A DNA stretch of 42,418 nt from a virus (taxonomy: Duplodnaviria > Caudoviricetes). The notes under the pieces were generated by a model. The model had not been told where the DNA came from, ran no database searches, and saw nothing but the letters and a program-made list of their open reading frames with translations. The translations under genes and the position numbers were made by a program. This document shows, piece after piece, positions 16,573-24,858 of the stretch; position 1 is the first letter of the stretch, and the number at the start of each line of letters is the position of its first letter. The stretch is taken from the IMG/VR virus record IMGVR_UViG_3300037137_000910, positions 1 through 42,418 of that record. The stretch is one strand, 5' to 3'.

Positions 16573-17453
16573 TCACCGCCTCCCGGCATTTGCGACCACG
16601 CGCGGGCGGAGAGCAGGCGGCCGGCGTGCTTGCGGTTGGCCCGCGCCAGGTCGGCGGGGCAAGTGGTTTCGGGTAAGCCGAGCACTCGGCGGTAATCGCA
16701 GAGATAGCAGTCCTCGCCATAGGCTCCGGCGGCTCGACATTCGCGGGTCAAGCGCCAGATGGCGTCGCCGTGATTCTTGAAGAAGAACGGCACTCCGGCG
16801 GCCACGCACTGGTCGCGGATGCTTCGGACCCAGTCCGGGTGCATCGGCCGCGCGCCGGGTCCGGACTCGCCGCCGACGATCACCCATGAAAGCCCGAGCG
16901 CTTCCCGGCACACATCGCACCCAAGGTTCGCCGGAGCACCCTCACAGCCAGGGCGCGCTCCGAGCCAAGGCGACAGGTCCACCGGCCCCAGCATCGGCTC
17001 GATGGACAGGAACCGGACGGCGGCGGGCACCCGCAAGAGCAGCGGGATTTTGGCGTCGGCCTCCGCTTGGTTGCAGACGGTGACGCCGGCCCACACGTTG
17101 CGGGGCCAGTCGCCGAACCAGACTGACCACTTCGCTATGCGTTCGGCGCGCTTGGTCAAGACCAAGAAGCGCTCCCGCGGGTGCAGGTCCGCAATGTGCA
17201 TGGTTCGGGAGATTTCATCGTCGGTAACAACCTCATGGAACAGGTCAGCCCACACCGCCCAGGCAGATGCCTTGCGATGGCGCGGAAGATTCAGTCGGTC
17301 AGCCCGGAACTTGACGGGCAGGTGGCCGCCGCGCCAGTGCTTTTCCATCGCGCGCAACCAGCAGTGAGCGCAGCCCGGCGAGCAGGGGGTGCAGCCTTCG
17401 ACAAGCGACCAAGCGCGGTCCCACCAGCGCCCCTCCCCGATCCGGTCAAACAC
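16569..17453 (-). CDS. DUF5131 (phage Gp37/Gp68, radical-SAM-like)
   Basis: GCTPCSPGCAHCW, DLFHE, LTKR, FLSIEPMLGPV, WVIVGGESG, VPFFFK. Confidence 0.92.
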   Translation of the reverse strand: MFDRIGEGRWWDRAWSLVEGCTPCSPGCAHCWLRAMEKHWRGGHLPVKFRADRLNLPRHRKASAWAVWADLFHEVVTDDEISRTMHIADLHPRERFLVLTKRAERIAKWSVWFGDWPRNVWAGVTVCNQAEADAKIPLLLRVPAAVRFLSIEPMLGPVDLSPWLGARPGCEGAPANLGCDVCREALGLSWVIVGGESGPGARPMHPDWVRSIRDQCVAAGVPFFFKNHGDAIWRLTRECRAAGAYGEDCYLCDYRRVLGLPETTCPADLARANRKHAGRLLSARAWSQMPGGGE

Positions 17454-17751
17454 GGCGGGCCTCCCTGTCGATGTCCAGGATCGCCCGGACGCACATGGCG
17501 GCGGTATGCAGGAGTTCCTTGCGGTAGGCGGCCTGTCGCGCCGGGAGGTTCGCCGGGTCAGCGCCGCCATAGACGCATTCCAGCGCCGCCTTGACGGCCT
17601 CCCCCGCTTCCTCGGCCATGACCGCCGCGCCGTGGATTACATCATCCGGCCAGAGGGGGAACTTGGCCTCGGCCGAAGACACCTCCTGGCGGATGTCTTC
17701 GAGCGCCACATCCACGTCGGCATAGTTCGCAAGGTGCTTATGCTGGCTCAT
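17446..17751 (-). CDS. MazG-like NTP pyrophosphohydrolase fold protein
   Basis: MAEEAGEAVKA and KELLHTAAM. Confidence 0.7.
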   Translation of the reverse strand: MSQHKHLANYADVDVALEDIRQEVSSAEAKFPLWPDDVIHGAAVMAEEAGEAVKAALECVYGGADPANLPARQAAYRKELLHTAAMCVRAILDIDREARRV

Positions 17752-17915
17752 TTCTGTGCCTCCCTCTCGACCACGGCCAGGATCGCCCGGATGTCTTGAT
17801 CGCAGAACCTGCTTCTATCACATCCACTGCACTGCCGGTTCCCGCACAGTTCGCAGAATGCCGCCCGGCACTTCTCGACCAGCGCCTCGTACTTCGGGGA
17901 GAGCTTCCTAGCCAT
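17748..17915 (-). CDS. 55-aa Cys-rich protein
   Basis: [32 protein letters not shown]...; coupled both sides. Confidence 0.6.
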   Translation of the reverse strand: MARKLSPKYEALVEKCRAAFCELCGNRQCSGCDRSRFCDQDIRAILAVVEREAQK

Positions 17916-18516
17916 TGCCGGCCTCCTTTGCAGCTACTTTCGCGTCCGGTAGCACTTCGTTAGCACTTGCTGCCAGCTCAATCAGGTCCGCGAGATGCGC
18001 GACTTGGATGCGCGATTCCGCATCCCCGGCCGCAGCCCAGGACGCAGCCCTGGCCGCAGCCCTGGCCGCAGCCCAGGCCGCATCCCCGGCCGCATCCCCG
18101 GCCGCAGCCCCGGCCGCAGCCCAGGCCGCATCCCCGGCCGCAGCCCCGGCCGCAGCCCAGGCCGCATCCCCGGCCGCAGCCCTATCTTCCTGCGAGATTT
18201 CCGCGCCCGCAGCTTCCAGCGCAGCGAGCCCAGCCGCGCCGTAGCAGTCGGCCAGTCGATCGTCCGTCAGGCCGCTCCCATACAATTCCAGCGCCCGGTG
18301 CGCGCAGTCGGCCGCGAACTCCCGCAGGAGCACGTCGGGCAGTACTCCCTCCCGCAGCAGCGCCCATAGCCGGTCACCCGCGGGGAGCTTGTGAGTCTTC
18401 GCTACTTCCAGTGGAGTCGCCGCCCCCGAGGGGAACGCCCGCAACCACTTCTTGCGGGACTCCTCCTGGCCGTAACAGGGGTTCCAACTGAGCATCAGGT
18501 CGGTTGTGATTTTCAT
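17908..18516 (-). CDS. Phage protein with AAGD/AAWA low-complexity repeats
   Basis: DRLWALLR...[12 protein letters not shown] followed by Ala-rich repeats; GGAGG RBS. Confidence 0.85.
   Translation of the reverse strand: MKITTDLMLSWNPCYGQEESRKKWLRAFPSGAATPLEVAKTHKLPAGDRLWALLREGVLPDVLLREFAADCAHRALELYGSGLTDDRLADCYGAAGLAALEAAGAEISQEDRAAAGDAAWAAAGAAAGDAAWAAAGAAAGDAAGDAAWAAARAAARAASWAAAGDAESRIQVAHLADLIELAASANEVLPDAKVAAKEAGNG
18019..18182. repeat. 12-bp tandem coding repeats
   Basis: Variants of CCCCGGCCGCAT / CCCAGGCCGCAG. Confidence 0.9.
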
Positions 18517-18693
18517 GTCTTGCCCTCCTTGCGGAGTTCGGCAATCTCGGCTTGGGGGTCCATGGTCAGTCCTTTCGCTTTTTGTGGCAGGCCAGGATCA
18601 GCCGCTTGCGCCGGTGTTTGTAAATCCGGTCAATGTTCAAGCGGTATCGCTTCCGGTCCTTGACCCGGCTGCGGGAGTCGTTAGGCACTAGGT

Positions 18694-18915
18694 TCACCGT
18701 TTCGTCTCCACCAGTTTGTAAATCCGGCGGCTTATCCAACCGGCGGGCAAGCGGTCTAGGATTTCAGAAATCTTGTGCGGGTCCGCCTCCAGCCGTTCCG
18801 GCCTCAGTCCCCACCAGCCGCCGGGAGCCCAGTAGGCTACGCCGATGAACATGGCACCCATCGGCGGCGCGGGCCGCTCTGAAACCTGTTCGGCCGTGAA
18901 AAGCATGTCAGGCAT
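18694..18915 (-). CDS. Hypothetical protein
   Basis: Probable ATG 18915 after GGAG. Confidence 0.55.
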   Translation of the reverse strand: MPDMLFTAEQVSERPAPPMGAMFIGVAYWAPGGWWGLRPERLEADPHKISEILDRLPAGWISRRIYKLVETKR

Positions 18916-18927
18916 GTGCGGCTCCGC

Positions 18928-18974
18928 AAAAGAGGGCGGCGGCGGTGTCGTTACCCCGTTGCCCCGCCGCCCCC
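18928..18974 (-). terminator. Intrinsic terminator candidate
   Basis: GGGCGGCGG...CCGCCGCCC followed by TCTTTT on the minus strand. Confidence 0.6.
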
Positions 18975-19104
18975 GACTCGGCAGCCCCGCAGAGTATCCC
19001 CCGCGGGCTCTTCGGGCTCGCGTCAAGCGCGGCCCTAGCCGTTACCAAAGCAGAAAACAGCTTGCCGGCTCCATGGCCGGGGCTGATTCTGCCGCAAGCC
19101 AAAG

Positions 19105-19245
19105 TCACGCCTTTTCCTTTCGCGGCCACGAATAGCCGCAAGAACACTTGTGCGCCCCGGAATGTCGGGGGCGGCGCTTACACTCGTGCCGCCAATCGGG
19201 CCTATCCCGCAAGGGCTTTGTTTCGCCGCACCACGTCTTCGGCAT
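19105..19245 (-). CDS. 46-aa Cys/His-rich protein
   Basis: MPKTWCGE...HECKRRPRHSGAHKCSCGYSW; below the ORF-track cutoff. Confidence 0.6.
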   Translation of the reverse strand: MPKTWCGETKPLRDRPDWRHECKRRPRHSGAHKCSCGYSWPRKEKA

Positions 19246-19250
19246 TTCCA

Positions 19251-20147
19251 CTAGAACGGTTCCTCTTGCTTGGCCGGCTGCAACTTGACCATGTAGACCT
19301 TTGCGGCCTCTAGTTCGGAGGGGGTTAGATCCGCCGCGTGGAGCTTGCCGCTGTATGCCATGTTCTTGAGTTCGTCTATCAGGTCGGCCTCCATGCGCCC
19401 AATGCGCTTTGCGGTAGCCTTAATCAGCTTGCGGAAGCCCAGGAGTTCGCCGGCGGGCACTTGACCGGCGGAAGGGGGCGGGGATGAAGGTTTTCCCGCC
19501 GAAGTTGTAGCGGGTGCGGCCGGGTCTTCTGCCGGCGTGGTATCCCCCGCCCCCTCCTGTCCGGCCGGCGGCTGGGGTAAAACCGTAAAGTCAGCTCGCC
19601 GGGTAGTATCCTTGCCTTGCGGCTCTCCCATGACTTCGTCAATGCTGGTCAACCCGACGCCGGTAGCCGCCCGCTTTGCGCGGTTGCTTGCCCGGCGGGA
19701 TGCCAGCATGGCGATGTTGTCAGCGTTCTGCATGGTGGACATTTTGGCGGTCTTCATGGAGCAAGAGCCGATGTCGGAATAGGTGTAGGTGAACGCCTGT
19801 TGGAGCGCCCGGATTTGGTCGGCGGACGCTCCGGGGGCGGACTTCAATGCCTCCAGGAAGCCGGCCTTGTCAAAGTACGTGACAGTGGCCTTGAACTCCC
19901 GGCGGTCACCCTCGGGAACGGCAACCGGATCGACGGTGCATCCGGCGAAAACCAGATTCTCCCGCTCGGCCCGCCGCCGGATTTTGTTGTCAAGCCCGGT
20001 AACGTTGACATAGGGGTTGCCCCCCATGATGGTAATGCCTTCGGGGGGAATCTCCTCTGCCTTGCAGAGCGCGTCAATCCGCTTGGCAAGCACCGCCGGG
20101 ATCGCCCCGCTGCCGGGGTTGACAACTAGAGCAATGTCGAAAGCCAT
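19251..20147 (-). CDS. RecT/Redbeta-like ssDNA annealing protein
   Basis: GNPYVNVTGL and MLASRRASNRAKRAATG; acidic EEPF tail; AGGAGG RBS. Confidence 0.65.
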   Translation of the reverse strand: MAFDIALVVNPGSGAIPAVLAKRIDALCKAEEIPPEGITIMGGNPYVNVTGLDNKIRRRAERENLVFAGCTVDPVAVPEGDRREFKATVTYFDKAGFLEALKSAPGASADQIRALQQAFTYTYSDIGSCSMKTAKMSTMQNADNIAMLASRRASNRAKRAATGVGLTSIDEVMGEPQGKDTTRRADFTVLPQPPAGQEGAGDTTPAEDPAAPATTSAGKPSSPPPSAGQVPAGELLGFRKLIKATAKRIGRMEADLIDELKNMAYSGKLHAADLTPSELEAAKVYMVKLQPAKQEEPF

Positions 20148-20587
20148 TTCCCGTCCTCCTGCGCGCGTTCCGTTGCGGACTTGAACCTCAGTGTCTCCCC
20201 ATCCCATTCAATCCGGACGCCGGCAACGTCAAACACCTTGCCGGTTAGACCGTCGCCGGGTTTGCCGTTGGCCTCCATGAAAGCGGGGAGAGACAGGACC
20301 GCGGGGCAAGCCCCGAATCGCGCCTGGCCACTGGCAACCCGTTCTGAGGCGTCGGCCAGGAGTTCGGCGGCGTCCTGTAGTGTCAACGCCTCCCAAGCGA
20401 CCTTGCCGGCCAAGTCAGCATCCTTGACGGGCAAGGAAAATTCTATCCCCGGAATGGACCCGCCCGCACCCGCAACCCCCTTGCACAGGTCCGACAGGCG
20501 CATGGACATTAGGCCGTCGGCCATTTCGGCCGGGTCTTTCCCGTCCGGCCACGGCCCGCGGCAGCAAGGGCAGGTCTTACGCGCCAT
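20126..20587 (-). CDS. Hypothetical protein
   Basis: Probable start MARKTCPCC, coupled. Confidence 0.5.
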   Translation of the reverse strand: MARKTCPCCRGPWPDGKDPAEMADGLMSMRLSDLCKGVAGAGGSIPGIEFSLPVKDADLAGKVAWEALTLQDAAELLADASERVASGQARFGACPAVLSLPAFMEANGKPGDGLTGKVFDVAGVRIEWDGETLRFKSATERAQEDGKWLSTLL

Positions 20588-20939
20588 TGACTTCCCACAA
20601 TCTAGCGAGCTTGCGGGCCAGGGAATCGGCGTCTGCCCCCCGTGCGCCCGACAGGATTTCGTCAATGAAGAAGCCGGCGCAAACGTCCCAGTCCGCCGGG
20701 TCAAGCACCTTGCGGTGCATGATGTAGTTTGTCAGGAGCCGGGCGGCGGCTAGGTTGTCGGCGTGGCGGTATTCCCCTATCGCCTGCGGGTGCGCCTTGA
20801 GCCAGCGGGTTATGCCGTACTCGCCGGCTTGCGTTGCATCGTGGAGCACGGCGAAATAGCGCGCTTCCGCCTCCCGCGCGTCGCGTTCCTTCGCAAGCGC
20901 GCTCTCGGGGCTAACGGACAGGGCCGGGATTTCATCCAT
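20577..20939 (-). CDS. Hypothetical protein
   Basis: Start MDEIPALS after GGAGG. Confidence 0.6.
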   Translation of the reverse strand: MDEIPALSVSPESALAKERDAREAEARYFAVLHDATQAGEYGITRWLKAHPQAIGEYRHADNLAAARLLTNYIMHRKVLDPADWDVCAGFFIDEILSGARGADADSLARKLARLWEVNGA

Positions 20940-21246
20940 CGGACGCCTCCGCTTCGTAGATGAGGGCCAGGACGGTCCACATGTCGGCGGCCTCGGGGGT
21001 GTAACGCAGGGAACGGTTGGCATCCAAGACGCGGGCCGCCTTTCCCCACGGGTTTTCCCCGTCCCAGTAGCACACCAGGTTGGCCCGGTAGAGGGGGCAT
21101 GGGTCGCAAAACGGTTTCCCCCGGAACACCCTGCATAGGGCACAACATCTAGGGGTAATGCCGCGATCCTTCCCTTCCCAAACTCTCCTCCAGTGCGCCA
21201 TGCTCTGCTTGATGGCCCGGAGAGTCGCGGCGCGCGAGGGGGTCAT
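20932..21246 (-). CDS. Cys-rich hypothetical protein
   Basis: CALC...CDPCPL...C. Confidence 0.65.
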   Translation of the reverse strand: MTPSRAATLRAIKQSMAHWRRVWEGKDRGITPRCCALCRVFRGKPFCDPCPLYRANLVCYWDGENPWGKAARVLDANRSLRYTPEAADMWTVLALIYEAEASDG

Positions 21247-21980
21247 GGCGTCTTCTCCAGTCTGCCGTTGTCATTTACCTTGTACCCGTCGGGCGGATTT
21301 GTCGGGCGATACGCGCGGGACAGGTCCGCGCCGGACAGGTCCGCGCGGGACAGGTTCGCGCCGTACAGGTTCGCGCGGGACAGGTTCGCGCCGGACAGGT
21401 TCGCGCCGTACAGGTTCGCGCGGGACAGGTTCGCGCCGGACAGGTCCGCGCCGGACAGGTCCGCGCCGGACAGGTTCGCGCGGGACAGGTTCGCGCCGGA
21501 CAGGTCCGCGCCGGACAGGTCCGCGCCGGACAGGTTCGCGCGGGACAGGTCCGCGCGGGACAGGTTCGCGCCGTACAGGTTCGCGCGGGACAGGTTCGCG
21601 CCGTACAGGTCCGCGCGGGAAATGTCGGCCTTCGGGTCCACGCTCCGCAGGGAAGCCGCCAGGAACGCCCGGACCCGCGGGAACATGCAGGCCAGCGACC
21701 AATCCAGCGAGAGCCGGAACGTTATCCGGGCTTCCGCGAAAGCCGCCTTGTCGGAACTGTCACTGTGGAGCGGCCCCCGGCCTTCGGCCAGATACAACTC
21801 GGCCCCCGGCTTCCACCAGGGGAGCGGGTCACTGGTCAAGTGGTAGCCGCTATGACAGCAGTTCGGCTTGACCTTCGGCGTCCACTTGCCGAGCTTGTAG
21901 GTGAAATCCCCGCCATGACAAGACTTGCCGGCGACCAAGACCTTGAACAGCGCCGGCCCGGCCGGTTGCTTTTCCGCCAC
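21243..21980 (-). CDS. Pentapeptide-repeat protein with N-terminal CHSGYH domain
   Basis: About 20 A(D/N)L(S/Y)(R/G) repeats; probable GTG start 21980. Confidence 0.9.
   Translation of the reverse strand: MAEKQPAGPALFKVLVAGKSCHGGDFTYKLGKWTPKVKPNCCHSGYHLTSDPLPWWKPGAELYLAEGRGPLHSDSSDKAAFAEARITFRLSLDWSLACMFPRVRAFLAASLRSVDPKADISRADLYGANLSRANLYGANLSRADLSRANLSGADLSGADLSGANLSRANLSGADLSGADLSGANLSRANLYGANLSGANLSRANLYGANLSRADLSGADLSRAYRPTNPPDGYKVNDNGRLEKTP
21312..21620. repeat. 15-bp tandem coding repeats (pentapeptide array)
   Basis: GGACAGGT(C/T)CGCGC-type units. Confidence 0.92.
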
Positions 21981-21981
21981 C

Positions 21982-22287
21982 CTACACCAGCCTTTCCCAA
22001 AGCACCCACACCGCGACCGCAACCACCCCGAAGGCCAGAAGCGCCAGAGAAATGAGCAGCGGGAAATCGTCGGGCCACAAAGGGCGGTAGAAGCAACCGA
22101 TGGTGGGCTGGCGGCCGGGTCCACACCGGCTATCGGTACCACCGTGGGGGCACTCGGGGTCGGACACGTGCCGCCCCGACCCCCCTGCGTGTCCATTTCC
22201 ACGCCGCGCCAGTCCCACTGAATGGCAAGCCGCCGCGACAGGCGACGGCCGCTCCGGCCCCTGGGGTAGAGCCGGCAACGTTATCAC
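21982..22287 (-). CDS. Hypothetical protein with C-terminal TM helix
   Basis: [23 protein letters not shown]; start uncertain. Confidence 0.45.
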   Translation of the reverse strand: MITLPALPQGPERPSPVAAACHSVGLARRGNGHAGGSGRHVSDPECPHGGTDSRCGPGRQPTIGCFYRPLWPDDFPLLISLALLAFGVVAVAVWVLWERLV

Positions 22288-22478
22288 TTGGTAGCCTCCA
22301 GTTCCCGCTCAATCTCCTGCGCTTCCCGCAAGTACCCGGCGGCGTCCGTAGTCTCTGGGTGGCGCTTGGCCCAAGCGCGATAGCGTCGGGCCTTATCGGC
22401 CGCCTCCGCCCGCGTCTCCGGCCGCATTTCGCGGCGCAAGTCGGCGGCGAGCACCCGGAGTTCCTTCGCGGAAATCAC
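22284..22478 (-). CDS. Hypothetical protein
   Basis: GTGA-coupled start VISAKEL. Confidence 0.55.
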   Translation of the reverse strand: MISAKELRVLAADLRREMRPETRAEAADKARRYRAWAKRHPETTDAAGYLREAQEIERELEATK

Positions 22479-22768
22479 TTGACGGACTCCGCCGCGGCGA
22501 TGGCGGTCATAGCCTGCCCCAGCCACTGTGCTTCCATCCCCGCGCTCGCAACGGCCAATTTCAGCGCCGCCAGCAGGTCCGCGTTGGACTTGCGGAGCCG
22601 CACAAGCTCCGCGGACAGCAAGGCGTGACTGCTCCGGGAATCGGCGGGGGCATCGACAGCGCCGGGGATCAGCGAATAGACCCCGGCATCCGGCATTGGG
22701 CCGGTGCCGGTAAAGATGCACCGGCAATCCCGCCCCACCCCTACCACCTTGACCGTTTTGCAAGCCAT
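22475..22768 (-). CDS. Hypothetical protein
   Basis: GGAGG RBS, MACK start, DLLAALK..AIAAAE phage-type tail. Confidence 0.6.
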   Translation of the reverse strand: MACKTVKVVGVGRDCRCIFTGTGPMPDAGVYSLIPGAVDAPADSRSSHALLSAELVRLRKSNADLLAALKLAVASAGMEAQWLGQAMTAIAAAESVK

Positions 22769-22769
22769 G

Positions 22770-23354
22770 TCAGCCTCCAGCTTCCAGTGCGCGACCCCAC
22801 TGTTCGGCCATTGCATCGGCAATCCATTGGTACGTCCGGCTGCGCTCTCGCCAGCGGTTCGGACCCGGGGGCATCCGGTGTACGCGATGTTCCCGGCCCT
22901 CGACTATGTTTGTCGGCACAAGCGGCGGCAGATTCTTGAGCCACAAGCAAGTCGCCTTTGTCTCCGGGTGGCCGAACTGCCAAGGCTGAATGATTTGGTC
23001 GGGCTTGCGCCACTTGCTCGACAGAATGCTTACCGGGTTCTCAATGCAGATGCGTCCGATGGGGGCTTCCGCTAACGCCATCACGAAATCAAGCGCGGCC
23101 CGCTGTTCCTTCGTTTTTAGGAAAAACCAGCGCGCCCCACTCACGGCAAGATGCGTACAGGGCGGGTGGGCTATCATTAAATCCCAAGGACCGTCCACCA
23201 GTTGCCCGCGCGAAACGGAAACCGCGTCCTGTTGACAGTGCGGACCCGGCCGCTCGGTCGGCAACAGATCACAAGACATGGCGTAGTGCCCCCGCGCGCG
23301 GAAAGCATCCCGCACAATGCCGGAGAACTCACAGGCGACAAGCACCCTAGCCAC
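22770..23354 (-). CDS. Short phage-type DNA cytosine methyltransferase
   Basis: VLVACEFSG.VRDAF, IAHPPCT, IENPV, KATCLWLKNLP, RSRTY..IA.AMAEQWG. Confidence 0.85.
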   Translation of the reverse strand: MARVLVACEFSGIVRDAFRARGHYAMSCDLLPTERPGPHCQQDAVSVSRGQLVDGPWDLMIAHPPCTHLAVSGARWFFLKTKEQRAALDFVMALAEAPIGRICIENPVSILSSKWRKPDQIIQPWQFGHPETKATCLWLKNLPPLVPTNIVEGREHRVHRMPPGPNRWRERSRTYQWIADAMAEQWGRALEAGG

Positions 23355-23529
23355 GGACGATCTCGGGGCGCTGTCCGGCGCGCACCAGCCGGTCAAGTAG
23401 ACGCAGGGCACGCCCGCGGTTTTGCATCCAGAAACGGCTACGCCGACCGGTCGCATCCGTAGTGACAACCAGAATCGGAGCGGCCCCCCGCGCCCTCACC
23501 ATTGCGTCCGGAATCAATTTGCAAGTCAT
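23347..23529 (-). CDS. First early gene, 60-aa hypothetical protein
   Basis: GGAGAGGAGG RBS just downstream of the promoter. Confidence 0.65.
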   Translation of the reverse strand: MTCKLIPDAMVRARGAAPILVVTTDATGRRSRFWMQNRGRALRLLDRLVRAGQRPEIVRG

Positions 23530-23554
23530 GTCAGCCTCCTCTCCTACCCTTGTA

Positions 23555-23583
23555 ATCTTATCCGATTCCGCGGAGTTTGTCAA
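23555..23583 (-). promoter_or_regulatory. Sigma70 early promoter
   Basis: TTGACA-17 bp-TAAGAT; GATTCCGC repeats within and upstream may be operators. Confidence 0.85.
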
Positions 23584-23689
23584 GAGGGATTCCGCCGAAA
23601 TCCGGCGACGGGCCGGGGCCGTCTTGGTAGGAGAGGGGGGCGTTGCGCCCCTGAATCCCCGGCCCGTCGCGTCCTGTTTGATGTCCATC

Positions 23690-24190
23690 TTCCGCTCCTA
23701 CCGGCTTTCTTATAAGCGTATTGTGTGCCAGCCGGAAGGAAAAACGGTCGAACCGTAACCCGCCTAATTACGTGGCTTACGGTTTCGGCAGAACGTTTTA
23801 GGCGTCCACTTCTGGACACCCCGGGGAATTTCTATCCGGTCCTAAGTGACCCAATTGCGAGGGTTACGTGTATAGTGGGGAGTATTTCCCCGGTTGGCCG
23901 GAGTTATATCGTTCGTTAGTTCCGGGTTGCGTTCGGAATTCCCGAACCGCGAATGAAGATTTGCCGACTCTGGCATGGCCCTTGCTAGTCTACGGTTGCC
24001 TCAATCCGCGTACTCGGGCGGGGGCAAGCAGATGTGCTCGTGGGGGTCAAAGCCGGTGTGCGAGCAGAAACAAGTGCCGGCGGCGGAAACCTCGACTGGC
24101 TCCGGACTGGGATAACGGAAAGTCGGGAACGTCGCGATCCTCCTCCTGCTTGCGCCGAATTGGGCGTGGGGGGAGGGGGGGGCGTTTCCT
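23690..24190 (+). ncRNA. Candidate large structured non-coding RNA / regulatory region
   Basis: Largest gene-free interval, with a dense series of stems, several with G-U pairs on the + strand; strand and limits uncertain. Confidence 0.35.
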
Positions 24191-24234
24191 GACTTCACCA
24201 GACCAGGATGTTGTTGTAGTAGGGGGCTTACGCT

Positions 24235-24438
24235 GTGGTGATAACCCGGGAATTGCTTGAAAAGGGACAGTCGAGCCGGGGCGGGTGGAGCCGTGAACAG
24301 TTCGCCCTTTTGGGCATAACCTGGCCGCCGGTTCCTGGCTGGCCGGAACGAATCTGCGGCAAAGAACTTCCGGACGGAACCGCGTTGCGGTTTCTCCTGC
24401 TCCGCGACAAGCACCTAACAGAAAAGAAAGAGGGGTAG
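24235..24438 (+). CDS. Small conserved-looking protein (GGW..Q...LG..WPP..GW)
   Basis: Trp/Gly-rich motif; AGGGGG RBS. Confidence 0.7.
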   Translation: MVITRELLEKGQSSRGGWSREQFALLGITWPPVPGWPERICGKELPDGTALRFLLLRDKHLTEKKEG

Positions 24439-24441
24439 GCC

Positions 24442-24858
24442 ATGAGAACGCTACTGATAGCCGCGCTGCTCTTGACCGCGATGCCCTGCATGGCCGGGGA
24501 GGCGGCGAAGCCGACGAAGGCGGAGCAGATCCAAAAGCTGGAGAAGCGGCTGGCCGCCCTCCCAGTCATCATTAAGGACTACGAGAAGCAGGCCGCCGAC
24601 AATTCGGACCCCATGATCGGCAAGAACCTTAAGAAGCTCATTGAAAACCACCGGGCCGAGGCCGGGCGGATACCCGTAGAGATCGCATGGCTCCGGGGTG
24701 AGGTCACCCTTGCTGGTTGCGAGGCCAAAGTCAAGGCGGCGCAAGAGGCCGTGGACAAGGCCGCCGAAAAGGCCAAGCCGGACGCGCAAAAGGCGCTGGA
24801 CAAGGCTCGGGCGGAACTCGAACTGGTGAAGGGCTTTGAAGCCCGGGGCGAGTTCTAG
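24442..24858 (+). CDS. Secreted/periplasmic coiled-coil protein
   Basis: Signal peptide MRTLLIAALLLTAMPCMA, helical body, GAGGGG RBS. Confidence 0.8.
   Translation: MRTLLIAALLLTAMPCMAGEAAKPTKAEQIQKLEKRLAALPVIIKDYEKQAADNSDPMIGKNLKKLIENHRAEAGRIPVEIAWLRGEVTLAGCEAKVKAAQEAVDKAAEKAKPDAQKALDKARAELELVKGFEARGEF

Noticed and set aside
18019-18182. CRISPR-like or intergenic repeat
   Set aside because: In-frame Ala-rich coding repeat; the overlapping RPG/PQP ORFs are shadows
21312-21620. CRISPR array or DGR repeat
   Set aside because: No unique spacers and no reverse transcriptase; in-frame pentapeptide coding repeat
24170-24200. tmRNA/tRNA 3' end (…TTCACCA)
   Set aside because: No T-arm or matching acceptor stem found
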